DNA of 64,000 nucleotides, taken from positions 17,930 to 81,929 of the forward strand of contig DATHHO010000194.1 in NCBI GenBank assembly GCA_035317125.1, read 5' to 3'. This DNA comes from Puia sp. Lineage in GTDB: Bacteria; Bacteroidota; Bacteroidia; Chitinophagales; Chitinophagaceae. A program made the translations under genes and the position numbers. The first letter of the stretch is position 1. Every line of letters starts with the position of its first letter. Below the pieces are notes generated by a model. It worked only from the letters and a program-made list of their open reading frames with translations. It ran no database searches and had not been told where the DNA came from. Below are positions 55,351 through 64,000 of this stretch, piece after piece.

Positions 55351-55459
55351 TTACATGCTTTACTTGGGAGTAAAAATAAGGAATCGGGCGGGTTCTCCGG
55401 GCGCCTTCTCCGGGCAAGCGCACAAAAAAACCGTCCCGGGCAAGCGGGACGGCGGCAAA

Positions 55460-55478
55460 TTCATTCATTCATTCATTC
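55460..55478. repeat. (TTCA)n microsatellite, about 4.75 units
   Basis: TTCATTCATTCATTCATTC. Confidence 0.8.
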
Positions 55479-55493
55479 TTTCGGGGGTGAGTT

Positions 55494-55625
55494 CTATCTC
55501 ATATCCCTGCAACGGCTGTAGTGATGGCTGGCCGCTTCACCAGGGGTCACGCTACGGGCACAGGAAAATAAAAATAAAAGGGAAGCTACGATCAAGAGGG
55601 CCTGGATTTTTTTCATGCTTTTCAT
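55494..55625 (-). CDS. 43-aa micro-lipoprotein (below the ORF-track cutoff)
   Basis: Manual translation MKSMKKIQALLIVASLLFLFS-C-ARSVTPGEAASHHYSRCRDMR*; basic N-terminus, hydrophobic core, LFSC lipobox, AT-rich leader. Confidence 0.72.
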   Translation of the reverse strand: MKSMKKIQALLIVASLLFLFSCARSVTPGEAASHHYSRCRDMR

Positions 55626-55729
55626 TTTAGGTTATTTCGGATTATATAGAACGTTTATATGCCTGTAATATTACGTATTTATCTGTTTTATTCATAACTA
55701 AAACCGGGGGGGAACCCTTATACGGAGAC

Positions 55730-55757
55730 AAAAAATCCCCCCATGGACATGGGGGGA
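55730..55757 (-). terminator. Rho-independent terminator of nrdJ
   Basis: Minus-strand TCCCCCCAT-GTCC-ATGGGGGGA-TTTTTT. Confidence 0.8.
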
Positions 55758-55833
55758 ATGTTTATGATTAAGTACTGTAAACGAGGTTGTTAGCAGGAAT
55801 GCGCCCCGAGCGCCTGGACCGCGGCGGGCCGGC

Positions 55834-58800
55834 CTAGCTGCATCCCATGCTGTTGCCGCAATTGAGGCATTTATAACAGGTCCCGCTGCGGATCGTGATA
55901 TGGCCGCAGGTATTACAGGCCGGTGCGTCGCTCTGCATGCTCCTGGACGCCGCATTCATGGCGTCGAGGCCGCTTTCCATTTTGAAGGTCCCGGCAGCCG
56001 CCGAAGGCATTTTCACTGCCCTGGAGGGCTGAGGCTGGGGGGTCGGGTTAGCCACGATCCGCACATCGCTCAGTTCGGGCTTCTTATCGTATTCGAGGGA
56101 GGTGGGGATCTCATCCCAGGGGTCCGTACCCGTATTTAACACTTCGGGGCGGTCCAGCACGTGGACGAGATCGGTCCTGCCGAGGTATTCGTATGCGAGG
56201 GCGCGGAAGATGAAATCCACGATCGATGTGGTGCTCTTGATATTCGGATGGTCGACCATGCCGGAGGGTTCGAACCGGGTGAAGACGAATTTCTCCACGA
56301 ACTCTTCGAGCGGCACGCCGTACTGCAGACCGATGGAAATCGCTATGGCGAAGCAGTTCGACATACTGCGCATGGTCGCTCCTTCTTTGGCCATGTCTAT
56401 GAATATTTCGCCAACCGTACCATCGGCGTATTCGCCGGTGCGCAGGAAGATGGCCTGTCCGTTGATCTTGGCCTTCTGGGTGAAGCCGCGGCGTTTGGCC
56501 GGCAGGGTCCTGCGCTCCACGATGGTGGCCAGCGCCCTTTTGAGTTTGGTATCGGGGGATGCCTGGACCCTTTTCTGTACTTCTTCCAGCAATTCCTGCA
56601 CGGTGAGCTTGCCGAGATCGACGATGTTGGAGGCGATCTTTGCCTCGGCGGCAAGGGCTGCAGCGGCGGCGGTCTCGGCGGCTGTGGGGACGGGGGTTTC
56701 TTTCTCCTGTCCGGTGTCCTTCTTCTTCTTATCGGATTTGTTACTGAGGGGTTGTGATAATTTGGATCCGTCGCGGTACAGCGCACAGGCCTTCAGACCC
56801 AGCTGCCAGCTCAGCATATAGGAGTCCGCGATCTCTTCGACCAGCGCCTCGTTGGGCAGGTTGATCGTTTTGGAAATGGCGCCGCTGATAAAAGGTTGCG
56901 TGGCGCCCATCATCCGGATATGTCCGTGTGCGTGGATAAACCGCTGTCCCACCTTGCCGCATTTGTTAGCGCAGTCGAAGACGGGCAGATGCTCGTCTTT
57001 CAGGAATGGCGCTCCTTCCACGGTCATGGTGCCGCAGACATAGTTATTGGCGGCCTCGATCTCATCGTCCGAAAAGCCCAGCGCTTCCAGCAGGTTCCAT
57101 TCGAGGTTATAGTATTGTGCGGGTGAGAATCCGAGCCGTTGCAGGCATTCTTCCCCGAGTGCGTACACGTTGAAAACGAACCCGATCTCGAAGGCGGAGC
57201 CGACGGCGGCATCGAGCTTTTTGATCTCTTCGGCGATAAACCCTTTTTCGCTGAGGCTCTGGTGGTTGATGGCCGGCGCCCCTGCAAAGGTGCCGGAGCC
57301 GACGGCGTATTTGATGATGGTGTCGATCTGTTTGTCCGTATAGTTCAGGTTCTTCAGTGCGGTGGGCACGGACTGGTTGATGATCTTGAAATAGCCGCCG
57401 CCGGATAATTTCTTGAATTTGACCAGCGCAAAATCGGGCTCTACACCCGTGGTATCGCAATCCATAACCAGCCCGATCGTGCCGGTGGGGGCGATCACGG
57501 TGGCCTGTGCGTTGCGGTAGCCATATTTTTCTCCCAGTTGCACGGCCTCGTCCCAGGCCTTCGTGGCCGCGGTCAGTAAATAATCGGGGCAATACTTCGC
57601 CCTGATGCCCTGGGGCCTGATCTGCAGCCCTTCATATTCGTCGGCGTCATAGGCGGCCAGGCGATGGTTGCGCATGACACGCAGCATCTCCTCTTTGTTT
57701 TCTTCATACCTGGGGAACGCCCCCAGTATGCCGGCCATTTCTGCCGAAGTCTTGTAGGCTGTGCCGGTCATGATCGCCGTGAGGGCGCCCGCAATGCCGC
57801 GGGCCTCTTCACTGTCATAGGGGATGCCCATGATCATGAGCATGGACCCGAGGTTGGCATAGCCGAGGCCAAGGGTACGGTAGTCGTAGGACAACTGGGC
57901 AACCTCTTTGGAGGGAAACTGGGCCATGAGGACGGATATTTCCAGCACAGTGGTCCATAGACGTGACGAATACGCGAAGCCTTCCACGTCGAAGCTGTTG
58001 GTGTTCTCATCGTAGAAACGGCGCAGGTTCACGGATGCGAGGTTACATGCCGTGTTGTCGAGGAACATATACTCGGAGCAGGGGTTGGAAGCCCGGATTC
58101 GGCCACCATTCGGGCAAGTATGCCATTCATTGATGGTGGTGTCGTATTGGGTACCCGGGTCAGCACAACGCCATGCTGCATAAGCAATCTGGTTCCAGAC
58201 TTCCCGCGCGGGCAGACGCTTCATGATACGTCCGTCACTGCGGGCTTTCAGTTCCCAGTCCTCATTATTTTCCAGTTTTTCAAAAAAATCGTTGGGTATC
58301 CGGATGGAATTATTCGAATTCTGTCCGGACACGGTCTTGTAGGCTTCTCCTTCGTAATCGCTGGGATAGCCGGCGGCGATGAGGGCGCCAACTTTCTTTT
58401 CTTCTTCCATCTTCCAGTTGATGAAATCCATGATCTCCGGATGGTCGAGATCGAGACACACCATTTTGGCGGCGCGGCGTGTCGTGCCGCCGGATTTTAT
58501 GGCGCCCGCTGCGCGGTCGCCGATCTTGAGGAAGCTCATGAGGCCGGAGGAGGTGCCGCCGCCGCTGAGCTTCTCGCCTTCCCCGCGGATATGGGAGAAA
58601 TTCGTTCCCACCCCCGAGCCATATTTGAAGATCCGCGCTTCGCGGACCCAGAGGTCCATGATACCGCCATCGTTTACCAGGTCGTCTTCGACACTGAGGA
58701 TAAAACAGGCATGGGGCTGGGGACGTTCGTATGCGGACGTGGACCGTTTGAGCTCTCCATCCACCGGGTCGACGAAATAATGCCCCTGAGGCTTGCCCGT

Positions 58801-59247
58801 GATGCCATAGCTCTCGTGCAGACCGGTATTGAACCATTGCGGGGAATTGGGTACGCAGGCCTGATCGAGGATGCTGTATACCAGCTCCTCATAGAACACC
58901 TGGGCGTCATCCGCCGAAGCAAAATAACCATAGCGCTCTCCCCATACTCTCCAGCAGTTGGCCATGCGGTGGGCCACCTGTCTGACGGAGCTTTCTCTCC
59001 CCGTGGAACCATCCGGCTGTGGAACGCCGGCCTTGCGAAAATATTTCTGGGCCAGGATATCCGTAGCAATCTGACTCCACTGTCTGGGCACTTCCACATT
59101 GTTCATTTCGAACACCACTTCCCCGCTCGGATTGCGGATCACGGAAGTGCGGAAATCGTACTCGAACTGATCGAATACGCTGGTGTCGGCCTTGGTGAAG
59201 CGGCGGGTGAAGGGCAAGCCTTTCAGCAATTGCTTTTTATTTGGCAT
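55834..59247 (-). CDS. nrdJ: Vitamin B12-dependent (class II) ribonucleotide reductase
   Basis: Start reassigned to ATG 59247; [23 protein letters not shown] (N-C-E), TACNLAS, IAPTGT, SGAISKT, YRDGSK, TSCPD domain and C-terminal Cys cluster; no intein seen. Confidence 0.96.
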   Translation of the reverse strand: MPNKKQLLKGLPFTRRFTKADTSVFDQFEYDFRTSVIRNPSGEVVFEMNNVEVPRQWSQIATDILAQKYFRKAGVPQPDGSTGRESSVRQVAHRMANCWRVWGERYGYFASADDAQVFYEELVYSILDQACVPNSPQWFNTGLHESYGITGKPQGHYFVDPVDGELKRSTSAYERPQPHACFILSVEDDLVNDGGIMDLWVREARIFKYGSGVGTNFSHIRGEGEKLSGGGTSSGLMSFLKIGDRAAGAIKSGGTTRRAAKMVCLDLDHPEIMDFINWKMEEEKKVGALIAAGYPSDYEGEAYKTVSGQNSNNSIRIPNDFFEKLENNEDWELKARSDGRIMKRLPAREVWNQIAYAAWRCADPGTQYDTTINEWHTCPNGGRIRASNPCSEYMFLDNTACNLASVNLRRFYDENTNSFDVEGFAYSSRLWTTVLEISVLMAQFPSKEVAQLSYDYRTLGLGYANLGSMLMIMGIPYDSEEARGIAGALTAIMTGTAYKTSAEMAGILGAFPRYEENKEEMLRVMRNHRLAAYDADEYEGLQIRPQGIRAKYCPDYLLTAATKAWDEAVQLGEKYGYRNAQATVIAPTGTIGLVMDCDTTGVEPDFALVKFKKLSGGGYFKIINQSVPTALKNLNYTDKQIDTIIKYAVGSGTFAGAPAINHQSLSEKGFIAEEIKKLDAAVGSAFEIGFVFNVYALGEECLQRLGFSPAQYYNLEWNLLEALGFSDDEIEAANNYVCGTMTVEGAPFLKDEHLPVFDCANKCGKVGQRFIHAHGHIRMMGATQPFISGAISKTINLPNEALVEEIADSYMLSWQLGLKACALYRDGSKLSQPLSNKSDKKKKDTGQEKETPVPTAAETAAAAALAAEAKIASNIVDLGKLTVQELLEEVQKRVQASPDTKLKRALATIVERRTLPAKRRGFTQKAKINGQAIFLRTGEYADGTVGEIFIDMAKEGATMRSMSNCFAIAISIGLQYGVPLEEFVEKFVFTRFEPSGMVDHPNIKSTTSIVDFIFRALAYEYLGRTDLVHVLDRPEVLNTGTDPWDEIPTSLEYDKKPELSDVRIVANPTPQPQPSRAVKMPSAAAGTFKMESGLDAMNAASRSMQSDAPACNTCGHITIRSGTCYKCLNCGNSMGCS

Positions 59248-59354
59248 AGGTGCGTTCCAATTTAAAATTGTTAAGAGTTTTTTCTCATCGGTTGCGGGGG
59301 ATAACGAAAGTATTTTTTGATTTTGATATTTCCTCTCCCATCTTTTGCACATAC

Positions 59355-59383
59355 TGTGGAAAAAACCAGGCCAGTTTTCCGCA
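59355..59383. promoter_or_regulatory. Inverted pair of DnaA-box-like 9-mers upstream of nrdJ
   Basis: TGTGGAAAA (reverse complement TTTTCCACA, matches TTWTNCACA) at 59355-59363; TTTTCCGCA (1 mismatch) at 59375-59383. Confidence 0.5.
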
Positions 59384-59474
59384 GCCCAGATGGGCCGCGG
59401 TTTGGTCAATTTTAAACAGACGCGAATTATTTTTTTATGCACATTCTGGCCGGGGGTGCATGCGGGGATCCCCT

Positions 59475-60716
59475 CTATTCCCAGCTGGCCTCGGCGTTCG
59501 TGTACCCGGCCACCTTGAACCTGTTCTTCTGGTGCGGGTTGAGATCATAGGCGCCCCGCTTTGTATAAATGGCGATGACCCCATTTTTGCCGCTGATAAA
59601 AGAGGGCGGCGCATACACTTTTATCATCGCGATATCGGCCGTATTGATATAGATATCTTCGGGGTGGGTAAGTGGAAATTCATCGAGGAAGATCGTCACG
59701 CCGGCATTGCGCCAGCGCAGGTTGTACCCGCCGTTGTTGTTGGGCTTGGCCGTAAAGCCAGGCACCTGCCATTTCAGAAATTCATAGACGTTCAGACTGT
59801 GTGCGATAAGGTCGCTTTCCAGTCCGTCGAAGAGCATGAATTCCCTGCTTTTGAACAGACCGCAGGAATATTCCTCGTTGAATTTATCGACCAGCTTTTT
59901 CTGTCTGCCTTTGACGACGACGTCCGGCAGGACGCCCGGACCGGAGGCGGACCGGTTGGCATTGAAATGATAGCGCTTCGCAAGATCGTCCGACCCTGGA
60001 TCGGCGGCTATGCCCCCTGCATCCGCGCCCGGCGCCCCGACCCGTATAAATCTTGTACCCGCAGCATAGGCCGTAAAGGCCGAATCCAGCGGCGTCCGGA
60101 CATCGATCCACAGATACTCCGCCTGGTATTTCTTCGCCGGTGAAAACACGATATAGGCCGTATCATCGAAATACATGCTTTTCAGCCGGAAGCTGCCATC
60201 CGGCCCCGGCTCCGCCTTGTCCATGTAGCCCTCCTTGTCTTTGGCCATGACCAGGTAGGACAAGGGGTTCAGCTTCGGCTTGTAATCCTTTATTTTCCCA
60301 TCCAGATGGAAGAAGCTCTTCTGTACGACAAAATTTACCGCATACTCCCCGTCCGGGATCGCCCCTTTTATGACAAGGTCGCCGGCTGCCTCTCCTTTGA
60401 TGATGGGATAGCGGTATTTCCATCTCCTGTTCTTCCGGAGATCTTCGATGATGACATGGAGGGTGCCCACGATGCTGTCCCGGAGAAAGCCCGGAACATG
60501 ACAGGCAAAGCTCACCGTGTCCCCATGTGCGAACTGCCGCCGGTTCAGCTCGATCAGCAGGGTGTCGGATGCGGGTGCGACGCTACGGGGATGCGGGCGC
60601 GTGGGGGGTGCGGGCATGTTGGCGCCGAGGTGCGGGCGCGCGTGGACGCGGGGGTGCGCGTGAACGCCGCCCGTGGCGAGGATCAGGATCGCGCTGCAAA
60701 AAATTAATCTTTTCAT
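59475..60716 (-). CDS. Hypothetical exported protein: macroglobulin-like N-terminus + TonB-plug-like C-terminus
   Basis: Start reassigned to ATG 60716 ([13 protein letters not shown] signal peptide); [34 protein letters not shown] plug-like motifs without a barrel. Confidence 0.78.
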   Translation of the reverse strand: MKRLIFCSAILILATGGVHAHPRVHARPHLGANMPAPPTRPHPRSVAPASDTLLIELNRRQFAHGDTVSFACHVPGFLRDSIVGTLHVIIEDLRKNRRWKYRYPIIKGEAAGDLVIKGAIPDGEYAVNFVVQKSFFHLDGKIKDYKPKLNPLSYLVMAKDKEGYMDKAEPGPDGSFRLKSMYFDDTAYIVFSPAKKYQAEYLWIDVRTPLDSAFTAYAAGTRFIRVGAPGADAGGIAADPGSDDLAKRYHFNANRSASGPGVLPDVVVKGRQKKLVDKFNEEYSCGLFKSREFMLFDGLESDLIAHSLNVYEFLKWQVPGFTAKPNNNGGYNLRWRNAGVTIFLDEFPLTHPEDIYINTADIAMIKVYAPPSFISGKNGVIAIYTKRGAYDLNPHQKNRFKVAGYTNAEASWE

Positions 60717-60763
60717 AGTTACCATTGATAAGCCGGGACACCGGGGGTGTCCCGGCGAAAACA

Positions 60764-61894
60764 TTATTTTTTAACCTTGAATTCCTGACGGGTGATGTTC
60801 AGATACCGGTCCCCGTAACTGACGGCCGACTCCAGCTGCGAATCGTCCTGCCAGCTGTTCCACGAATCGATCATGATCAGCCGCGTCGCATTGTCGGCAT
60901 TCATCTTGGCCACATTGCACAGCTTCTGGTACATGGCCCCGCTGTCCGTCCTCGGATAGTTCGGGTTCAGCGTCGCTGGCGTCGTGATCAGCCAGTTATA
61001 GGCCGGGCTGATATTCGGCACATAGGAAATACTGCCCATGCTGTCGGTAAAATACTTCCGGGAATACTCCCAGTTCTGGTCCATGGCCTGCGGCAGCACA
61101 TACCAGCGGTCGTACTGCGAGAGCTGGGTGCTGAAGGACTGGTGATAGATGGCATCCACGCATTTTATATACCGGAAGGGATAGCGGGCCGGAGGGGTCC
61201 AGCGGTCCTGCATGCCGACGATATACATCGTGAAGCCCATCGCGGAAAGGCGGCTCCTCAGCGTGTCATAGATCTTTTGATTGTTGTTGGAATACAGCAC
61301 CTGCGCATTCTGGATATACAGCAGCGTCTTACCATTGACCTTCAGGTAATTGGGGTTGCTCATCCAGTTGGTGGCCGCACGCTGGAAATCGTTGAAGAAC
61401 AGGTTCAGGTTGGTCGCATTGTTTTCCAGCGGCGCCGTATTGGACGCGGCATAGGAACCGGTAGACCAGTTGTACTGAAGGGCGAACTTCATACCCGTCG
61501 TGTTGGCATTGACAAAGGACTGCACGACGGTGGAGTCGGACTTCCAGTTGTTGACGTCCTTATTGGCCGACCGGAAGGAGAAGACAAAGTAATCGACGCC
61601 CGCCGTCGCCGCCTGGGCGATATGCTGGGTCATGACCGTCGGGGGCACTACCCCGTTAGGCATCGCGTATTTGCCCACGGTCGGCACTTCTTTGATATTG
61701 ACATTGAAGGTGCCGAAATTGTAATAGAAGGCCCCCACGGTATAGTCCTGGGTGACCGGGATCTCCTTGATGTCATAAGCAAGGATATTATCACTGGCGG
61801 ATGGGCCCGTATTGTTCTTCTTACAGGAGTAGAAGACGAGGAGGGCCAGTATGGGGAAGAAGGCTATTTTCAGAGTATGACTGATCGGGTTCAT
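60764..61894 (-). CDS. GH99/GH71-like lipoprotein (catalytic residues altered)
   Basis: FYSC lipobox; VGAFYY, QHIAQAATAGVDYF, PNISPAY, IDSWNSWQDDSQLE. Confidence 0.78.
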   Translation of the reverse strand: MNPISHTLKIAFFPILALLVFYSCKKNNTGPSASDNILAYDIKEIPVTQDYTVGAFYYNFGTFNVNIKEVPTVGKYAMPNGVVPPTVMTQHIAQAATAGVDYFVFSFRSANKDVNNWKSDSTVVQSFVNANTTGMKFALQYNWSTGSYAASNTAPLENNATNLNLFFNDFQRAATNWMSNPNYLKVNGKTLLYIQNAQVLYSNNNQKIYDTLRSRLSAMGFTMYIVGMQDRWTPPARYPFRYIKCVDAIYHQSFSTQLSQYDRWYVLPQAMDQNWEYSRKYFTDSMGSISYVPNISPAYNWLITTPATLNPNYPRTDSGAMYQKLCNVAKMNADNATRLIMIDSWNSWQDDSQLESAVSYGDRYLNITRQEFKVKK

Positions 61895-61915
61895 GTAATT
61901 TGTTTTAGGTAACTC

Positions 61916-63718
61916 TTATGGATGATACGTTAAGGTGACCGCATACGTAAAGCCGCCGGTGGCCGCAGCGGTCTGCAGGGCCTGGACGGTCGTCCCGTAC
62001 CATTTCAGCAGGTAGCTAAGATCATACGTTGGATTGGCGGCATTCCAGTTGGGCACGGAGAACGGCAGGGCAAAATGCAGCTGCTGATCGGGGTCCAGAT
62101 CGTCGGCCCGGTTCGTCCCCAGCAGTTTCACCGCGCTGTTGTAACCATTGGGATTGAGGGTCTGGATCGACTGGCTGCTCGTATTCGGATAAGAGCTGCG
62201 GCCGGGTATATCCATATACTGCGGATGCGCCGTATAGCTGCTGTTACCGCCCGGATTGGTCTCGGGAGAGAAAACGAAGAAGCGCGTCCTGCGCTCCAGG
62301 CACCACACGTCGAACCCTCCATCGGGGAAAAGGCTCATCCATTCCTGGATCCAGATCTTGTTGATATCCGCGGCCGGTATGCTGAAATTGACGATCCCGA
62401 GAAAATTATTAAACCCGGTGCCCGAGGTGCCGAACTTGACGCCATCCGTATTCTGATAGGTGGTCAGTGCGGCGGAAGAGATGCCCCAGTAGGCAAAGTT
62501 GGCGGCGATGCCCGCATTATAATATTGTTCCGCCGATGAGGCGCCTCCATAGCCGAGGATCGCGGCCTCCGCCTTCAGGAAAAGGGTCTCTGCATAGCCC
62601 AGCATCATAATGGGCCGGCTGGGGTTCGTCACGACGGATGGGGTGATGTTGGAATAGGATTTCATATTCAGCGAACCAACCGGATTGGCGATGCCCTGGA
62701 GACTGATCCAGCCGGGCAGGTTGGTCGGCGCCAGCGGCATGCCCAGATAAGGGATCGGATAGCTGACTACCCGGAGGGAATCGTCGAGGGTGCTGGTAAG
62801 CGTATCGGTAATGATATACCGGTTGACCAGCGGGACGGAGTCGAAGTAGACGGTCATCCTCGGGTCTTTATAGGACCGCAGGAAGGCCTCGATGTTATCG
62901 CTCATTTTTGGGGGCTGGCCCGTCGCCGTCGCGTTATACGGCCAGACATTATTGGGGAAGATATACTTGATCCAATATTGGCTCTGGTTGTTGGTGACAT
63001 TCTCATAGGCCATCTTCGCCGACTCGGCCTCGTTGCTGATGAGGTTAGCTTCGTTGGACATGACGTCCTGGATATGGCTTACCGCGACGGCGCTCATATT
63101 GCGCATACAGCGCAGCGCGATCTTCAGCCGCAGCGTATTGGCGAACTTGATCCAGTTCGTGAGGGTGCCGCCGGGATAGACCACGTCATAGCTCAGTTTG
63201 TCCCCGCTGGGCTTTATTTTAGAGACGGCATCCTTCAGGTTGGTCAGGATATATAGATACGCGGAATCTTCGCTGTCGAAAAGGATGGTGGACAAGCTGT
63301 TCGGATTGTTGGCCTGCGAAATAGGCATCGGGCCGTAATTGCCCGTCAGGATCGAATAGGCGTAGCATTTCAGGATCCGGGCGATCTGCACGCGATTGTT
63401 GAACGTGGTGTCGCTGCCGTAGTTCACTTCGATCTGCTTCAGGTTTTCCAGCACGTTGACATACATAGTCTGCCAGAGCCCTGCATCGGTCACATCATAC
63501 CGTGAGTTGATGGTGATCTGGTTGCCGATGTCCCAGTACTTAGTCGCATTGTAGTTTTCCAGTTGGTTGTTGATGCTCCTGACCGCCGACTCGATGGTGG
63601 CCTCGGGTGTGACGATCTTGAACTGGGTGGGGTCCGTATTCTTCTTCGTGAAATCTTTCGTGCAGGAGAAGATCGTTCCTGCCAGCGATATAATGAGTAT
63701 ACAAGCTTTTCGTGTCAT
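61916..63718 (-). CDS. susD: SusD/RagB family lipoprotein
   Basis: IFSC lipobox; FTKKNTDP, NYGPMPISQA, WIKFANTLRLKIALR, DPRM..YF, YAETLFLKAEA. Confidence 0.9.
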   Translation of the reverse strand: MTRKACILIISLAGTIFSCTKDFTKKNTDPTQFKIVTPEATIESAVRSINNQLENYNATKYWDIGNQITINSRYDVTDAGLWQTMYVNVLENLKQIEVNYGSDTTFNNRVQIARILKCYAYSILTGNYGPMPISQANNPNSLSTILFDSEDSAYLYILTNLKDAVSKIKPSGDKLSYDVVYPGGTLTNWIKFANTLRLKIALRCMRNMSAVAVSHIQDVMSNEANLISNEAESAKMAYENVTNNQSQYWIKYIFPNNVWPYNATATGQPPKMSDNIEAFLRSYKDPRMTVYFDSVPLVNRYIITDTLTSTLDDSLRVVSYPIPYLGMPLAPTNLPGWISLQGIANPVGSLNMKSYSNITPSVVTNPSRPIMMLGYAETLFLKAEAAILGYGGASSAEQYYNAGIAANFAYWGISSAALTTYQNTDGVKFGTSGTGFNNFLGIVNFSIPAADINKIWIQEWMSLFPDGGFDVWCLERRTRFFVFSPETNPGGNSSYTAHPQYMDIPGRSSYPNTSSQSIQTLNPNGYNSAVKLLGTNRADDLDPDQQLHFALPFSVPNWNAANPTYDLSYLLKWYGTTVQALQTAAATGGFTYAVTLTYHP

Positions 63719-63728
63719 GTTGGGATGT

Positions 63729-64000
63729 TTAAAAAGTTACTTTCAGATCGAATCCATAAGTAGCGTAGGGGAAGGAGCCGCCGGCCTCGATGCCCTGTGC
63801 ATTGCCGGAGTTGTTGGCCGACTCCGGATCGATGCCCTGCGGGGTATGTTTCAGGAGCGTCCAGAGGTTCCTGCCGACAAAGGCCACACGGAGGCCGCGT
63901 ACCGGCATCCTCGCGAACAGTTGCGGGGAAAAGGTATATCCGAAGATCAGTTCGCTGACCTTTATACTGGTGGCGTCGAAGGTGAGGGCCGGGACATTGT
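63729..64000 (-). CDS. susC: SusC/RagA TonB-dependent transporter, C-terminal fragment
   Basis: Manual translation ...FDATSIKVSELIFGY...VAFVGRNLWTLLKHTPQGIDPE...GIEAGGSFPYATYGFDLKVTF*; the rest lies beyond the window. Confidence 0.9.
   Translation of the reverse strand, partial: NVPALTFDATSIKVSELIFGYTFSPQLFARMPVRGLRVAFVGRNLWTLLKHTPQGIDPESANNSGNAQGIEAGGSFPYATYGFDLKVTF

Noticed and set aside
55834-59247. Intein or group I intron in the RNR
   Set aside because: Continuous frame, catalytic motifs at normal spacing, no C/S...HN-C splice motifs seen
59248-59474. Cobalamin riboswitch before nrdJ
   Set aside because: No B12-box or conserved GGGAA/GCCACTG elements recognised by eye; an Rfam scan would settle it

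Overview
64 kb of a GC-rich Bacteroidota chromosome, most like Chitinophagaceae (SusC/SusD pairs, gldB, bat/moxR operon, TAnnTTTG -7 promoters, T9SS-type pre-CTD domain). I can support 48 CDS, two of them truncated by the window ends. No rRNA, tRNA, CRISPR array, integrase or transposase was recognised. Core genes: class III aminotransferase, gamma-carbonic anhydrase, rsgA, moxR-DUF58-batD-like-batA, nadE, gldB, fatty-acid desaturase and class II RNR nrdJ. There is one complete four-gene SusCD locus and part of a second. The accessory stretch at about 3.3-13.7 kb is the most unusual part. It holds (i) two overlapping C5-cytosine methyltransferases with no visible nuclease, the first fused to an Endonuclease-III-type 4-Cys Fe-S loop, and (ii) a divergon: a membrane patatin-like phospholipase plus a putative beta-barrel protein face a four-gene split-sensor module (anchored protein, 7TM protein, sensor-less histidine kinase, NarL-type regulator). 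Signals missed by the ORF track: a GH44 gene at the left edge, a 43-aa micro-lipoprotein, a 62-aa TTG-start lipoprotein, a ~60-bp palindromic repeat present twice, a candidate 8-3-8 operator upstream of four genes, DnaA-box-like sites before nrdJ, and in-frame low-complexity tandem expansions inside conserved proteins. All family assignments come from motif recognition by eye; no database searches were run.
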